A DNA stretch of 64,000 nucleotides from Stegostoma tigrinum (taxonomy: Eukaryota): NCBI RefSeq assembly GCF_030684315.1, contig NC_081396.1:9167628-9231627 (forward strand), in the 5' to 3' direction. This document shows positions 11,920 through 24,479 of this stretch, in pieces; position 1 is the stretch's first letter; every line of letters starts with the position of its first letter. Both the position numbers and the translations under genes were made by a program. The notes under the pieces are model-generated. The model was given only the letters and a program-made list of their open reading frames with translations, made no database searches and was not told the DNA's origin.

Positions 11920-12210
11920 TTGGCCTCAGAGCTCCAGAGAAATGGTTTTGCTTCCACCATCACTGACTATCTGTGTGGAGTTTGCATGTTCTCCCCGCGT
12001 CCGCATCGGTTTCTGCTTGGTGCTCCGGTTTCCTCCCATAGTCCAAAGGCACACAACCGAGGTGGATAGGCCATGCTAAATGGCCCACAGAGTTCAGCGA
12101 TGAGTAGAGTGAGTGGGTTGTAGGGTGACGGGACTGGGTGGGATGTTCTAAGCGTCGGTATGGATTTGTTGGACTGGACAGCCTGTTTCCACACTGCAGG
12201 GATTCAGTAT
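11920..12210 (+). mobile_element. HE1-type SINE
   Basis: ctgtgtggagtttgcatgttctccccgcg...gctccggtttcctcccatagtccaaag...cctgtttccacactgcaggga. Confidence 0.78.
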
Positions 12211-14653
12211 TTGGAAGTTGCGAGGAAATCAAATGGTAGAAGCATTACATGGGAAAGTATATTTTCCGATTAATTTCAACATCGATTCTACCGAAATGAC
12301 TCAGCAGTCCTGAGGTACCGATTGTTCTGCCTTTACCCGTGTTACTTATTTATCATGCCTTTCTGTTCGGACATTAAAAAAAAACTCTTTTTTTTCATCA
12401 GTTGGAGTAGAAATTTATCGGCAGTGTTTTATATGAAGTCTTTCGTGAAAATATACGACTCATATGTCGCATTGATGCCAGTGGTTCGTTCTGTTTAGAA
12501 ATTCATGTCTTTTTCGAAATTTGTACCAAAAGTTATTAGAGTACAAAACCCTAAATTCATATGCACAGACACCTGTCATAAGCAGAAAACCATAAGCTGT
12601 AATAATTGCACGCACGTTTTTCTTTTATTTCATGAACGTAGAAGTCAAGTTCAATTGATAATAATTTCCATGCAGATCTGTGGATATTGTTAAGAATTGA
12701 GCACTTTTCATAGCATCAGTGACCACCCTCATGTTCGCCATTGTTCAAGACATGCTCCTGCTAGGAACGTGTATAATTGCCCAATCGCACTGACTGCAAA
12801 CACGAAAATGTTACAGCAAGTATATTCAGTTGAAGGAAATATTTTGTGATACCTTAATTCTTTCAAAAAGAGTGGTTCCATCTGAAAGTTACATGTGAAC
12901 TCACCGTGACTACCACCACTGCATAAAATTAGAAATGTTGTCAAGTTCAAAAAGGTTCCCTGTATTTTCGGACGTTACACAGTGGCCTGCCTACGGAGCA
13001 GAAATTGATAAATTACAGGCTATATTTAGAGAGCAGCTAACCGTTTTGCGGACTGTAAGGTCCATTTGAGTATTAAGAATTGTTTTCATGTTCTGGGTTA
13101 TGAAAAAAGAACAATTTTTTGACAGAAAATAAGCAATGGCCATTCATTGTAAAATTTCTGATATGTATATTTCTGTCAGAGTTTCAGTTACCACCTGCCC
13201 CAGATAAATATCTTTCGTTTCACTGCCACTCTTCAACGAATGTGCAATGTTATTGACATAAGGGATAAAACTGTTTCGTTTGTCACTTTTACCATGAGAA
13301 AGATTCCTTGTGAGTAAAAGAGACCTGTCGTTAGTACTGTTTTAACAGCTGACGGCCAGTTGATGCGAGTTGCGCACTACTGCTGTAACCTGACAGGGAC
13401 AGTTGTGGTCCAAAGATGTCAGCACAAAACAGGTGCACTTCCGATTCTAACGGTGGTTTTTCAACTCCAACTGACTCTTAGGTGGAAGAAAAAGGACAGT
13501 GATAAAATGATTTCATCGAAAATATTTGGACACCAGCACACACTGCTGACACAGTTTATTCACACCTCAACTGCATTTCGTGGTGAAATCAACAAAACGG
13601 TGGAGTAGTTTAAGATGGAAATTGATAGGGAAATATTTTCATGCGATACAGAGAATGTTGATGTGGCTAATTTTGCACTCAGGTAATTTAAACTAACAAA
13701 TGATATGGAGGAAACATTTAGGGGGAAACCTTCAGGAGCAAAATCTTAACAGAAAGCACGATAATTTAGCCATTGTGTCGAATTTGGAACCTGAAACAAT
13801 CTTTTTGACTGTTTCACAACCATAAGAAGTCCTGAACCGTTTTTCAGCAAGTTTTTTTTCAGTCACTGCATATTGCAACAGGAAGTATGAACACAGCAGA
13901 CTGTCAAAACAATAAAATGAACAAGAACAGATATTGTCTTGCGGTGGTTTCTGTTGTGGGAGAATATTGTCTGGGGCACAGGGCTCTCCTGCAACAGAGA
14001 ACATCTTGAAAATTTCAACAACCACCTCTTGTCTTTTAGCTCAATTCCAATGTACAAATCCGGGAATAGGAATCGACACCATGCACAGTTATCTCATTGT
14101 ATGTGCATCTCTCTACCAGGTGAACAATTGGTGGAAATCCATATTATAGCAGATAGCAACGTGCTTCTTCATCTGGGTGAGTTCTGAAGGAGCATTAGAA
14201 GAAACAGATGTGGAGATCATAAGATTTATGAAAGGAATCCAGAGGTAATGGGTGCAATGGCTGAAGAAATTACCGCAAATGATGTTGTGATTTAATTCAG
14301 GATGTGCAGGGGCATTGGGGATGTGAGGGTTCATTAAGTATAGACTTAGAGAGGGACAAAGTCATGGAGTGATTTGATGAAAATAAAGAAACGGATGAGG
14401 TTTTTAAAATATTGGTGTTTGTTAAATGGAATACACCAGGGTTGAGAGGACGGGCTCTGGATAAACGTATGATCCTGCAAATTGACAAAAGATTTCTGAG
14501 ATACTCGAGCTGATGAGTTTAAGCAAATCAGATGGTGAACATGCCTGTGCGTGGTTATCACAATGGTAATGGATTCAGAAGTGCAAAATGTGGGAGAACA
14601 CTGTTACACTGGTGAAGCATGCACAGAAAGTAAAGCAGACTATGCTAATACCA

Positions 14654-14885
14654 CAGATAATGGGAACTGCAGATGCTGGAGAATGCGTGATAAAAAGGTG
14701 TGTAGTTGGATGAACACAGCAGGGCAAACAGTATCTTAGGAGCACAAAAGGTGATGTTTCGAACCTAGATCCTTCATCAGAAAAAAATATTCTGATGAAG
14801 GGTCATGACTCAAAACGTCAGCTTTTGTGCTCCTGAGATGCTGCTTGGCCTGCTGTGTTCATCCAGCTCCACACTTTGTTATCAC
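14654..14885. mobile_element. Penelope-derived palindromic element at the site paralogous to 6143-6333
   Basis: agataatgggaactgcagatgctggag...ccttcatcag / ctgatgaagg...tgtgttcatccagc, with two decayed hammerhead cores. Confidence 0.75.
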
Positions 14886-14960
14886 TGCCATTGCCATAAC
14901 TCGAGTACTGTCTTTACATTTTCCTTCAGTTTTTGCAATCAATTTATACGGTAAGATAAA

Positions 14961-15028
14961 ATTTATTGAAATTCAATCACGAAGGAAACAGAGATTTATT
15001 GAAATTCAATCACGAATGAAACAGAGAT
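14961..15028. repeat. 33-bp tandem duplication
   Basis: atttattgaaattcaatcacgaa(g/t)gaaacagag occurs twice. Confidence 0.85.
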
Positions 15029-15950
15029 TGAAATAGTGAAAGGTAGTTTTCCTCTGGGAAAGCCAGTGTAACGACAAAGCCTAGAATGTGTCACGGGGCT
15101 TAAAGTGTCGGATAACATAACGCTGACAAAAAGACGAGATGAATGTGGTGAGATTCTCCCAACCTCGGCGACAACATTCTGCCATATATATACTCCATAC
15201 AGTGCCTTCCTTCATCCCACCCATTCTGCGTTCCATCCTTCTTTCTGTTTACTCTCACTAATTCTATTCCTACACTGTTGATTTATTTGCCTGCAATGCT
15301 TAAATAAACACTGTGGAGTCTCTGTGAGACTATTTCTGCGCAAATAAATAAATTACGGGTTATCTGAACAATGCAATGTGGTTATTATTTAACCTGTCCA
15401 TCTTACAGGATATATCGGCACTGAATCTTCGCACCAATGTCGTCTGCTGAGGTGAGCCATATTGACGTTTCCCTGCTTGTTGGAGAGACAATTGCATGCA
15501 ATTTGTCCTGGTTTCATTAACTTTTGAATTCATCTTTTGTAGAATGTATAAGTAAAAGAGAGTAAGACTTGTCTTTATATGGCACCTTTCACCATTTCAG
15601 GATTTCACAATGCGGGACCACATTTCACCATTAAAGCTGTGTTTGGAGGCCATACTCATTTAAATGTAGTTCCAGGCGCTAGGCTGCACTTCTTGAAATA
15701 CAGCACGAATCTTAAACGTTGTCTGGAGGCAACAAATGAGGTCCAGTTTTACACTTCATTCAAATAATCTTTCAGCACTTGACTGAAACGCCATCCAAAG
15801 TTATCGGCATAAATCTCAGTATTTGATTGTAAAACGTGTTTACTTTGTGCGAAAAGTGGTCGCTCTCATCTACGGCAGTATGGGATTGACAGGATACCCA
15901 GGTCTGGATGAGGCAGAGAATTCATGATGGGCATCTCACTCAGAGCTGAT

Positions 15951-15989
15951 AGTTTTTGTACCAGTGCCAAGGATGCACGTACCATGGTG
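15951..15989 (-). promoter_or_regulatory. V recombination signal sequence (CACCATG, 23-nt spacer, ACAAAAACT)
   Basis: Heptamer 15989-15983 and nonamer 15959-15951 abut the V2 end. Confidence 0.92.
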
Positions 15990-16297
15990 CTTCACAGCCA
16001 CACAGTAATACATGGCCGAGTCAGACACTTGGGTGTCCGTGATGTTTAAAGGAATGTTTGTGTTCTTTCTGTCCTGTACAGCAGAAAACCGCTTTGCAAA
16101 ACTCGGTGCGGTGTGTTCATTACCAGAAGTGTGTCTGACCAGCATGTACTGAAGACTTTTTCCTGAGTACTGCACATACCAGTACAGATCAGCGGCTGTG
16201 TATGTCACGGGGTACTTACAGGACAACGCCACAGTCGCTCCTTCACTCACTGATACTACTGGTGGCGTTTGGGAAAGCTCATTCTGTCGGCAGGGCT
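15990..16297 (-). CDS. TCR alpha/delta-type variable gene segment V2, V exon
   Basis: PCRQNELSQTPPVVSVSEGATVALSCKY...LYWYVQYSGKSLQYML...DSAMYYCVAVK. It differs from V1 at 10 aa and has an intact acceptor and RSS. Confidence 0.92.
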
Positions 16298-16701
16298 CTG
16301 GAAAAGAAATATTTACCAACGTAACTTTTACAGGTAACTTTTTATTTCGGTTTGGACGGAATAGCTAATTGAATACGGGTGTGCTCAATTGACATTTCTT
16401 CCAGCATTCAATGACACAGCCAAGGTTTTTGTCCCTCATTTTGCTGATTCTGGATTATTCACCATGTACGTTGTCTCTCGGTGTGCTGCTCAGCCGAGAG
16501 AGCAGGTCAAGGGGGAATATTCCTTCCCGCAAATCTCCCATTGTGACAGCAACAGGCCTGCTACTTTAAATAGCAAAAGACACTGACGTCTGATCAAAGC
16601 CCCTGGAAGTAGGTATCAATAACAGATAGAGATAAAAAAGAAAGAAGATGAACAGTGAAAATAACAAACATCATAACAGTACAATCCGGCAAAATACGTA
16701 C

Positions 16702-16789
16702 TCGGCAGGAACATTATGAGGAAAATTAACACTTTCACAGTCACTGGTTCGGTCCAGCAGACACACAGTTGTCGAGAAGAAACGTTCAT
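16702..16789 (-). CDS. V2 leader exon
   Basis: MNVSSRQLCVCWTEPVTVKVLIFLIMFLP plus 1 nt, then a GTACGT donor. It is 88 nt long, as in V1. Confidence 0.7.
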
Positions 16790-19642
16790 GTTGTTTTCTC
16801 AGTCAATTCTCTTGTCTTCTGCGGAAGTGTGTGCCGGGTGTTCCGTCAGCTTTCACAAGGATATAAGCCTGCAGTTTATAGAAGACATGGACATCACACC
16901 ATTTATTTGGCAACCCAGCAGCTGATAAGCACCACGGAGGAAGTGGTGGGAAGAACAAACAACGTGAAAACAACAGAAGAAACGTCATCATTGCAACCGC
17001 ACCTGAGCCTCAACAGTGACTTTCTCTAATGGTTATCATTTTCATAAATTTAAATAAAAACCGTTTCTTTATTTTTGTTATCGTTAGCCATTTAGCAGAA
17101 ATTGGCGATCATTTCAATGGAAGCATTTATTGACCATCCCTAACTGCTTAACAAAAGGCGGGGAAAGCTGAATTCTTGATGGGCCGTTGCCCTTGACGCA
17201 CAGCCAATATGTACAACGCTGTTAAGAATGGAGATCCATTATTCTGACGTTGATAGAGTGAAAGGATGGAATCTGCCACCTCTATCGGTCTTATTTGTGA
17301 ATATGATGGTTCTGGAAGGCTCTCCGGATACCTCAGAAATTTCCACAAGCTAATTTATCATTGGTAAGCTCTGCCGTCATTGTATAGGGAGAGGAAATGT
17401 TTATGGATCAGATGCTAATCAAGTGGCTTGCTTTACCTCAGATTGTGTCGAGCTTCATTAGATTGATGCAACTCAGGTCTTCCAGGCAAGTGAAGAGTAT
17501 TTCATCACAATTCGCCGTTATGCATTGATGAAGGTATAGAGTCTTTGAGGAGACTGGTTTGACGGGCTATCTGCAGCACTCTTAGCTGCTGACGCATTTC
17601 GTCTGTAACAATATTCTCATAGTTTGTCCAGTTAAGGTTCTGGATAATGTAGCCCACAGGACATTGATCGTGGGAGATGGAGTGATGGCAATGCCATTGA
17701 CTGCCAAGAAGAGAGAGAAAAGTTCTCTTATTTTTCAGAAAGTCATTTACACTTCTTCTGGTGTTATTAAATTTGCCTCCCATTATTCAGACCAACATTG
17801 TTATTTTCCCAGTCTCACTGTCTTTACATATTGGATGCTTCATAACCCAATTAGTCAGAAGAGAAAGACATGGAAGGTGAGGATTCCAGTGGGGATGTTG
17901 ATGCTCTGTAAAGGTTAACATTAATAAGTTGGAGGTGTTATATATTTTAGATGGCGTGTAGTTGTACAAATCCACGTGGCATGATGAGATGTATCCCCAG
18001 GCATCTTTGGGAAGCAAGGGAGGAGATTGTTTTTGCCCCTAGCGGAGATTTATGATAATTCCTTTGTTCAAGAAGTGCAGCAGGGGTAGACTAGGTCATT
18101 ACAGGCAGGTAATTCTGACATCAATGGCAGGGAATACGTTGGTAAAATGTTATATGGGACAAAATTAATCAATGCATGAAAAAGCAGGGATTGATGAGGG
18201 ATAGTCAGCATGGATTTGTTAGAAGGAGATCCGTCTGAATAAATTAATTGAGTTTACATTTGACTGGTGGTAGTGCCATTGACGAGTCTACATGGACAAG
18301 GTCTGACGTAGAAAGTTAGTCCAAAAGGTAAGGACCCATCGGTTCAAGGCAAATTGGTTCCAAAATTGGCTTGCAAGAAGGCGGCAAAGGGTAATGGTAG
18401 AGAGATGTTTTCGTGATTGGAAACCTTTGGCCAGTGGTGTACCAGATGAAACTGTGCTGGCTGTACATGTTGTAGATTGTGTGTATTAACGACTTGGACG
18501 TGAATGTAGAAGGTATAATTAGCAAGCTTGCGGATTACTTGAAAATTGGTATGTTGTTGATACTGAGGAGGATTGTCTTAGGCTATAGTCTGAAACTGAG
18601 CAGCCGATAAAGTGAACAGTGGTGAATGACACACAGGAAAAAATGCCTGCCGAGAGTATTTGTGCCTTAGAATACATTTATAATAGTATGGTGCATGTGA
18701 GTTCAGCAATTTAGAAAGGAAATTGGGTAGATAGCTGAAAAAGTGCAATTTGCAAGAATGCCTTGACAGATCTGAGGCATTGTTCTACAAAAGAGACAAG
18801 ACAAGCACAGTACGTTGAACACCCTCTTTTGTGTTCTTCAAATCTGTGATTCTATAAAAATTAACAGTGTTAAAATGAAATTATTTGATTGTATTGTGGG
18901 CATATCTACACCTCAATGTGCAGTCATTCAATAATTCTGTCACCTGCATGGTACCAAGCCATGCAATAATATTGAGCTTGTTCGCAATGCGAGTATCCCT
19001 TCCGAGTTTTGATCATGGAACAGGGAGCTCCCAATCATGAAATCAACAAAATGTGACAAATGCATTCTTTCCTGTGTGTTTACATAAGGGATGTCAGTAT
19101 ATTGCAGGGCTTAGCTAGAATTTTGCATACCGAAATAGATAATAGCACAATCATCAGTTTTCTTTTGCACACTTAGTTCAAGTTGTCCATTCTGTCCATC
19201 ATTATCTTCAAATCATATCGCAAAGCATATAATAGTCACACTCTGCAATTTCATTATCACATACTCAAGAGTTTTTGTTTTCCACCATAACTCTTCCAAT
19301 CTGTCCACATGGACATTCCACACGTAAAGAAATCACCAAAAAGCCTTTTAAAGATTGAATAAAGGGAGCACACAATTGCTTGTTCAGGATGACCAGGAAG
19401 AAACCGCCCTTTATTTTAAAAGAAAACATACATTATCTCCTTAATATTCTGTTTAAACTAAAAAAGAAACTTGCACACTTTCAACAGATAGATAATCTAG
19501 ATCCGCAGCGAAATTTGTTTGGAACTGAATTGTTTATCTATCACGTTAACAAATTGATTCACACCAAACCGAAGAGAGAATGAACCATTCATGATCCAGC
19601 AATCTATTTTCAATGAGGTGGTTTTCTTTTATAAACATATCC

Positions 19643-19970
19643 AGGCGGCACCTCACAGCACGAGGGACCCGGGCTCAATGCCATCCTTGGGCACACTGTC
19701 AGAGTGGAGTTTGTACATTCTCCCCGTGCCTTTCCTCTGGGTGCTCCGATTTCCTCCCACCATGTAAAGATGTGCAGGTCAGGTGGATTGGCCTTGTTAC
19801 GTTGCCCCGTATTGACCAGGAATGTGTTGGCTAAGTGGGTTAGCCATGTTAAATAGAGGGTTGCGGGCATAGGGCAAGGGGCTAGATTGGTGGGATGCTC
19901 TTCAGAGAATCAATGCAGATTTAATGGGCTGAATGGTCTCTTTTCACATTGTAGGATTTTTATGATTCTA
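19643..19970 (+). mobile_element. HE1-type SINE (third paralog)
   Basis: Near-identical to 10700-11025. Confidence 0.8.
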
Positions 19971-21507
19971 ATGGCTTTGGCCTCGAAATGTTTGCTGAGT
20001 GATTGCAGGCAAGTATCCCATATTTCACATTCCATCAGATTTTAATCATTATTTCTGTAATTAAAGCCTGAGGCTAATTCACTGTAATGTTTGTGCCAAG
20101 TGAGAACAGGAACCATTGTGTCCTGCACAGGAGGAAGGTACTTTCAACTTCTTCATGTCATTCTCAGGGTTAATGACGTTGGGGGAAAAAGTATGGATTT
20201 TCTGCGGAACACGCAGTAACATGAGAAGCTGGGAACTGCCCGCAGTCCATAAGGGACAGAATATCAGTGGAATTGCAGGCCATAATATGGAATTATGCCA
20301 CGATTCTAAAAAAGTGTTGATGACTTAGATTGAAACGGATTTCAGAAATTAATTTCCAAATGTTTATGATTTAGATAGGCAAATAACTTGAAACATTTCT
20401 GTAGAAATTTTAGCTTTGGTAAGCGGTATGAATAAAGTGTGCAATCTTAAAATGTGGTAAGAACATCTGGGGCAGTGGTAACATAAGTAGTTGAAGGTAG
20501 CAACATACATTGAGAAAACCCTGTTGAATAATTCCACTCGAGCAAGTGCCCATCCTTGTGATGAATATGGTAAATATTGACAAATTATTTACTTTGCATT
20601 TAAGTGATTTTATGGAGCACATACAGAATGATCAATTGCCCATTTACTGCAAAAGTATACGCAAGTGCTTTTGTTTTACACCACATTTGTTTGAAAAGTT
20701 ATTTCACTTAATTCCCTACCCAAGAATTATAAGTATTTGTTTCTGATATAGTGACATTTCCTTTCCTTTGTCCTTCTGTAAATGGCTTTCACAACTCTTT
20801 TGTCTCCACAAAACACCTTGAGAAACCTGTACTGGTTTTCCAAACTGTCTCAGCAGCATAGATTTCCAAAATGACTTTTTGGATTGAATTACCAGTTTGC
20901 CATGACCAATGATTGCTGATAAAATATTTCAATCACCACCCATAAATATTTTTTAAAATAAATCAACAGGGTACCCTTGTTTGCAGTAGATATGATATTG
21001 CTACTTCAATTAACACAAAAGGATATTTGCATCTCAATCAATCGATGTTAAAATGACTGTTCACTGATTTGCAGGAGCTTTCAACCTGAAGTTAATACTG
21101 TGCTCATTTTCGTAAATGGCCCTTGTCTAACTATGCTTGGGAATTCTTTCCTCTCGCATTTGAGGTTCTACTCATCAGATTGGCACCAGTGGAGAGCACA
21201 GCTTGAATATCAAGTTGATAACATCAGTCAGGAAGAGAAACATGTAGATGATTATACTGCGTCTAAAAGTATGAAGTTCGTGTCACCTTTTCTTGTCAAG
21301 TCAAACTGAAGGTATAGAACCTGTTTTACAACGATAGAAGTTGGAGGAGTATGGGCATTCAGAGGCACTTGGGGGGGTCAAATGAACAAAACATTTGCTC
21401 AATTACCCAACCCACTGGAAACATGTTTTCAGAAACCACACAAACACAAACGCCTACCAGTTGGTAGGCAGAAGTAATTATGAACAAGCTTGCACCTTTT
21501 TTATAGT

Positions 21508-21700
21508 TAGAGATAGTAGGAACTGCAGATGCTGGAAAATCTGAGGTAACAAGGTATACGGCTGGACGAAGACATGCTGTGCTGATCCAGCTCGACACCT
21601 GTTATTTCTGCCCTTTTTTATTGTTACAGCTAGATGAACACATGCCGTGTTGATCCAGCTCTACCCCTTGTTATTTCTGTCCTTTTTTATTGTTACATTG
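21508..21700. mobile_element. Collapsed Penelope-derived terminal hairpin with a local ~60-bp duplication
   Basis: gagatagtaggaactgcagatgctgg, then gatccagctc..ttatttctg.cctttttt attgttaca occurring twice. Confidence 0.55.
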
Positions 21701-22786
21701 GTGATTTTTAATCTACTGAAAATCAAAACGCATGTTTATTGTACCTATCATTGTAAATGTTTAATGATCAAAATCATAACCCACTGCCCATCACTCTCTG
21801 GGTCAGTTCATGTGCTTGCACTGTGTCATTATTGATAAGTCCTAAATAAATATCAATTCCATGTACCGTGCACCAATCTTCGAACTAAATTGTGTCCACA
21901 ATTATTTCTGCAATTCTACTCAGGAAATAAAACCCCATTGCCATGCTCTCAATAAAACAATTATGGACTATTTCCACTTCCACGCACTTTCATCATAACT
22001 TTATTCTCCTTTAAAATTACATTAATCTTGCCCCTCACGTTATCACCCCGTCAACGCATCCTTCCATGCCTTCCTTACTTGAAGGCAAAGTTGATAGGAT
22101 GGTATTCTCAATTGCAGAATATGTCGAAATAATATTACATTTTTCCAAGTTAATCCAGATCACAGACACTATGAGTTATCACAACACTAAGCAATACTAA
22201 AACATTGGAATCTGCAAAACTAAAAAGGAGAAATAGGATTAACTCACTTACATAAATAAATTGTCAGGTTGAATGCAGAAGAGAAAAGAGAAAACTTCTG
22301 GTGCTCAGAAACAAATTAATGTTCAAGTCCTTTTCTGTTGTGTGGAGGACCATGATTAAAGATTCACGAAGAATCATGCCTCTGGAAAGGATAATGTATT
22401 ACTGTAATATTGAGAGCAAATTCCAGTAAATTGGCATATTTCTGTTCACAGGTGAGCCACCAGCTGGTATATTTGGTCGTTTGTCTATTGTATAGGTAGA
22501 CCATCTGTCAATAAATGTCTTTACTCACTGGCACGGCCCGATGACAATTTAGTAGAATGCAGTCTGTTTCTTTTTAGTACAGGCAGGCCTTTGTTCATAA
22601 AGACGTTGAGGCATGAGCAATACCATTGCAACAGGCAGACTTTCAATAACCAGAATTTTAGATTCATGCCAATGAGGTTATGATATTTAAACAGTTAACA
22701 AACAGAGAATAAACTTACATTCATCATGCAAAGAATATTTTCTATGTGAAACATGGGATTACAGAAAGAAGAATGGAATTTTGTTT

Positions 22787-23691
22787 TCAATTTTTGTACA
22801 ATTTAGCAATTAGACTCAATGGACAAATCACCACAAGATACAATTGCTGTCTGAACTTGCTTTGTGTTACTGCATAAATAAATGAGTTTGTGCAACAGCT
22901 TAAAAGTTGAAGCATATTTCCACTTTCCATAAAAATGAATTTGGGGTCATCAAAGCCATCTATGATGTAATTCTTTGCAAATCGATGCCAAAGAAACTCC
23001 ACAACATATGTCATCCACAACATGATGAAAGTGCCAGATATTGCAAATAATAAAATGATAGACTTTCTGCGGCTTTCCATCTCTTGATCACTCTTATTGT
23101 CTTCATTTCTTTGGGCACGGAGTCTTTTACGGGCTCTACTTGCCATCAGAATGTGTCTAACAGTCACCGCATTAAACAAAACAATCAGAAAGAATGGGAG
23201 ACAAGGAGTTACAATACGATCAAACCAATCAAATGCAGTCCATAGAGGTGAAGTATAACGTATATTCTTCTGCCTACAATACCATGGTGTTTTGTCAATT
23301 ACATAAACTGGTTCATGCATAAAATACCAGGGGATATTAATTGAAAAAGCTAGCACACAAACCATTCCTATGACCACAGCTGCTGTTTTCTCAGTGCAAT
23401 ATTTTGTTTTCAGTTTCAGGCAACAAATGGCCACAAACCTGTCAAATGTGAAAGTCACAGTTAACCAGACAGAACTGTCTCGGCATGCATAAATTAGTGC
23501 AATACTGAAACTGCACACTGGGGTAATGAACATGAAACTACCGGGAAAATAAATAGCTGGAATTCGATTTAATATCACTGCAGTGATAATAACCAGGAGA
23601 TCCGTCACTGCCATAAACACCAGGTACCTCGTGATACATCTGGAGAGACCGCACCTTCCTCTGGATAGGATCACAATTGCCACTACATTAA
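22787..23691 (-). CDS. GPR139-like class A GPCR, gene A, exon 2
   Basis: Acceptor ttctttcag. Motifs: NVVAIVILSRGRCGLSRC, MAVTDLL, TPVC, FTFDRFVAI, TPCLPF, SCCTNSFIYAVTQSKFR. TM1-TM7 open frame ends at TGA; 905 nt. Confidence 0.92.
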
Positions 23692-23789
23692 CTGAAAGAA
23701 AATTAAATCATGTTGCATAGAATTTATTTGCAGCCAACAAAATAATCAAATTGCACCTCATGCATATTTACAGATCATTTTTATTTCGA

Positions 23790-24240
23790 GTCATAGTCAT
23801 AGCGTGCTCATGCTCAAGGAAACAGACCCTTCAATCCCAATCAGCCTCACTGACCATGTTCCCAAACGAAACTGTTCCCAACTGTCTACACTTGTCCCAT
23901 ATCCTTCCAAACCTTTCGTACTCATGAACTTATCTAAGTGTCTTTTAAATGCTGTAAATATACCTGCAATCATCACTTTCTCTGGCAGTTCATTCCAGAC
24001 ACAAAAAACTTGCTGTGTAACAATGTTGGCTCTCATGTCCATTTTGAGCCTTTCTCCTCCCACTTTAAAAATATGCTGCCTAGTTTTGAACTCTCCCACC
24101 CGAGGGAAAAATCACTTGTGATTCATGACATCTGTGCTACTCATGGTCATTTAAACCTTGATGAGGTCACCCCTCAACGTCCTGTGCTTTCGTGACAAAA
24201 AGTCCTAGATTTTCCAATATATTTATATATCTCAAACCCT
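23790..24240 (-). mobile_element. HER1/CR1 LINE 3' end in the intron of gene A
   Basis: ORF 23797-24099 (FKVGGERLK..TQQVFCVWNELPE..FKRHLD) with a (catagt)n tail. Confidence 0.8.
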
Positions 24241-24479
24241 GCATTGTCAGCATTGATTAGCAGAACAGGCTGTTGAAGATCAATGATATCTATTGTAACT
24301 GAGATCAAATGGCAAACCTTCACTACTTGACGAGATAGAAACAGATACATCGTTATATGCCGCTGACATACTTCACGGGCATCTGGAGAATGCTTTAACA
24401 TTCATAAAATAGAAATATTTCACAAAAACTGAGAGGGAAAGAAACACATTTATGATAAATCAAAATATCCAAGTTGAAC

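Larger units (their letters stand above)
1720..20655. repeat. Tandem segmental duplication: two full ~8.6-8.9 kb V cassettes plus a truncated third unit
   Basis: Homologous anchors at ~1741/10373/19315, 3251/11821 and 7157/15990. The third copy stops at ~20655 (catttactgcaaaag). Confidence 0.95.
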
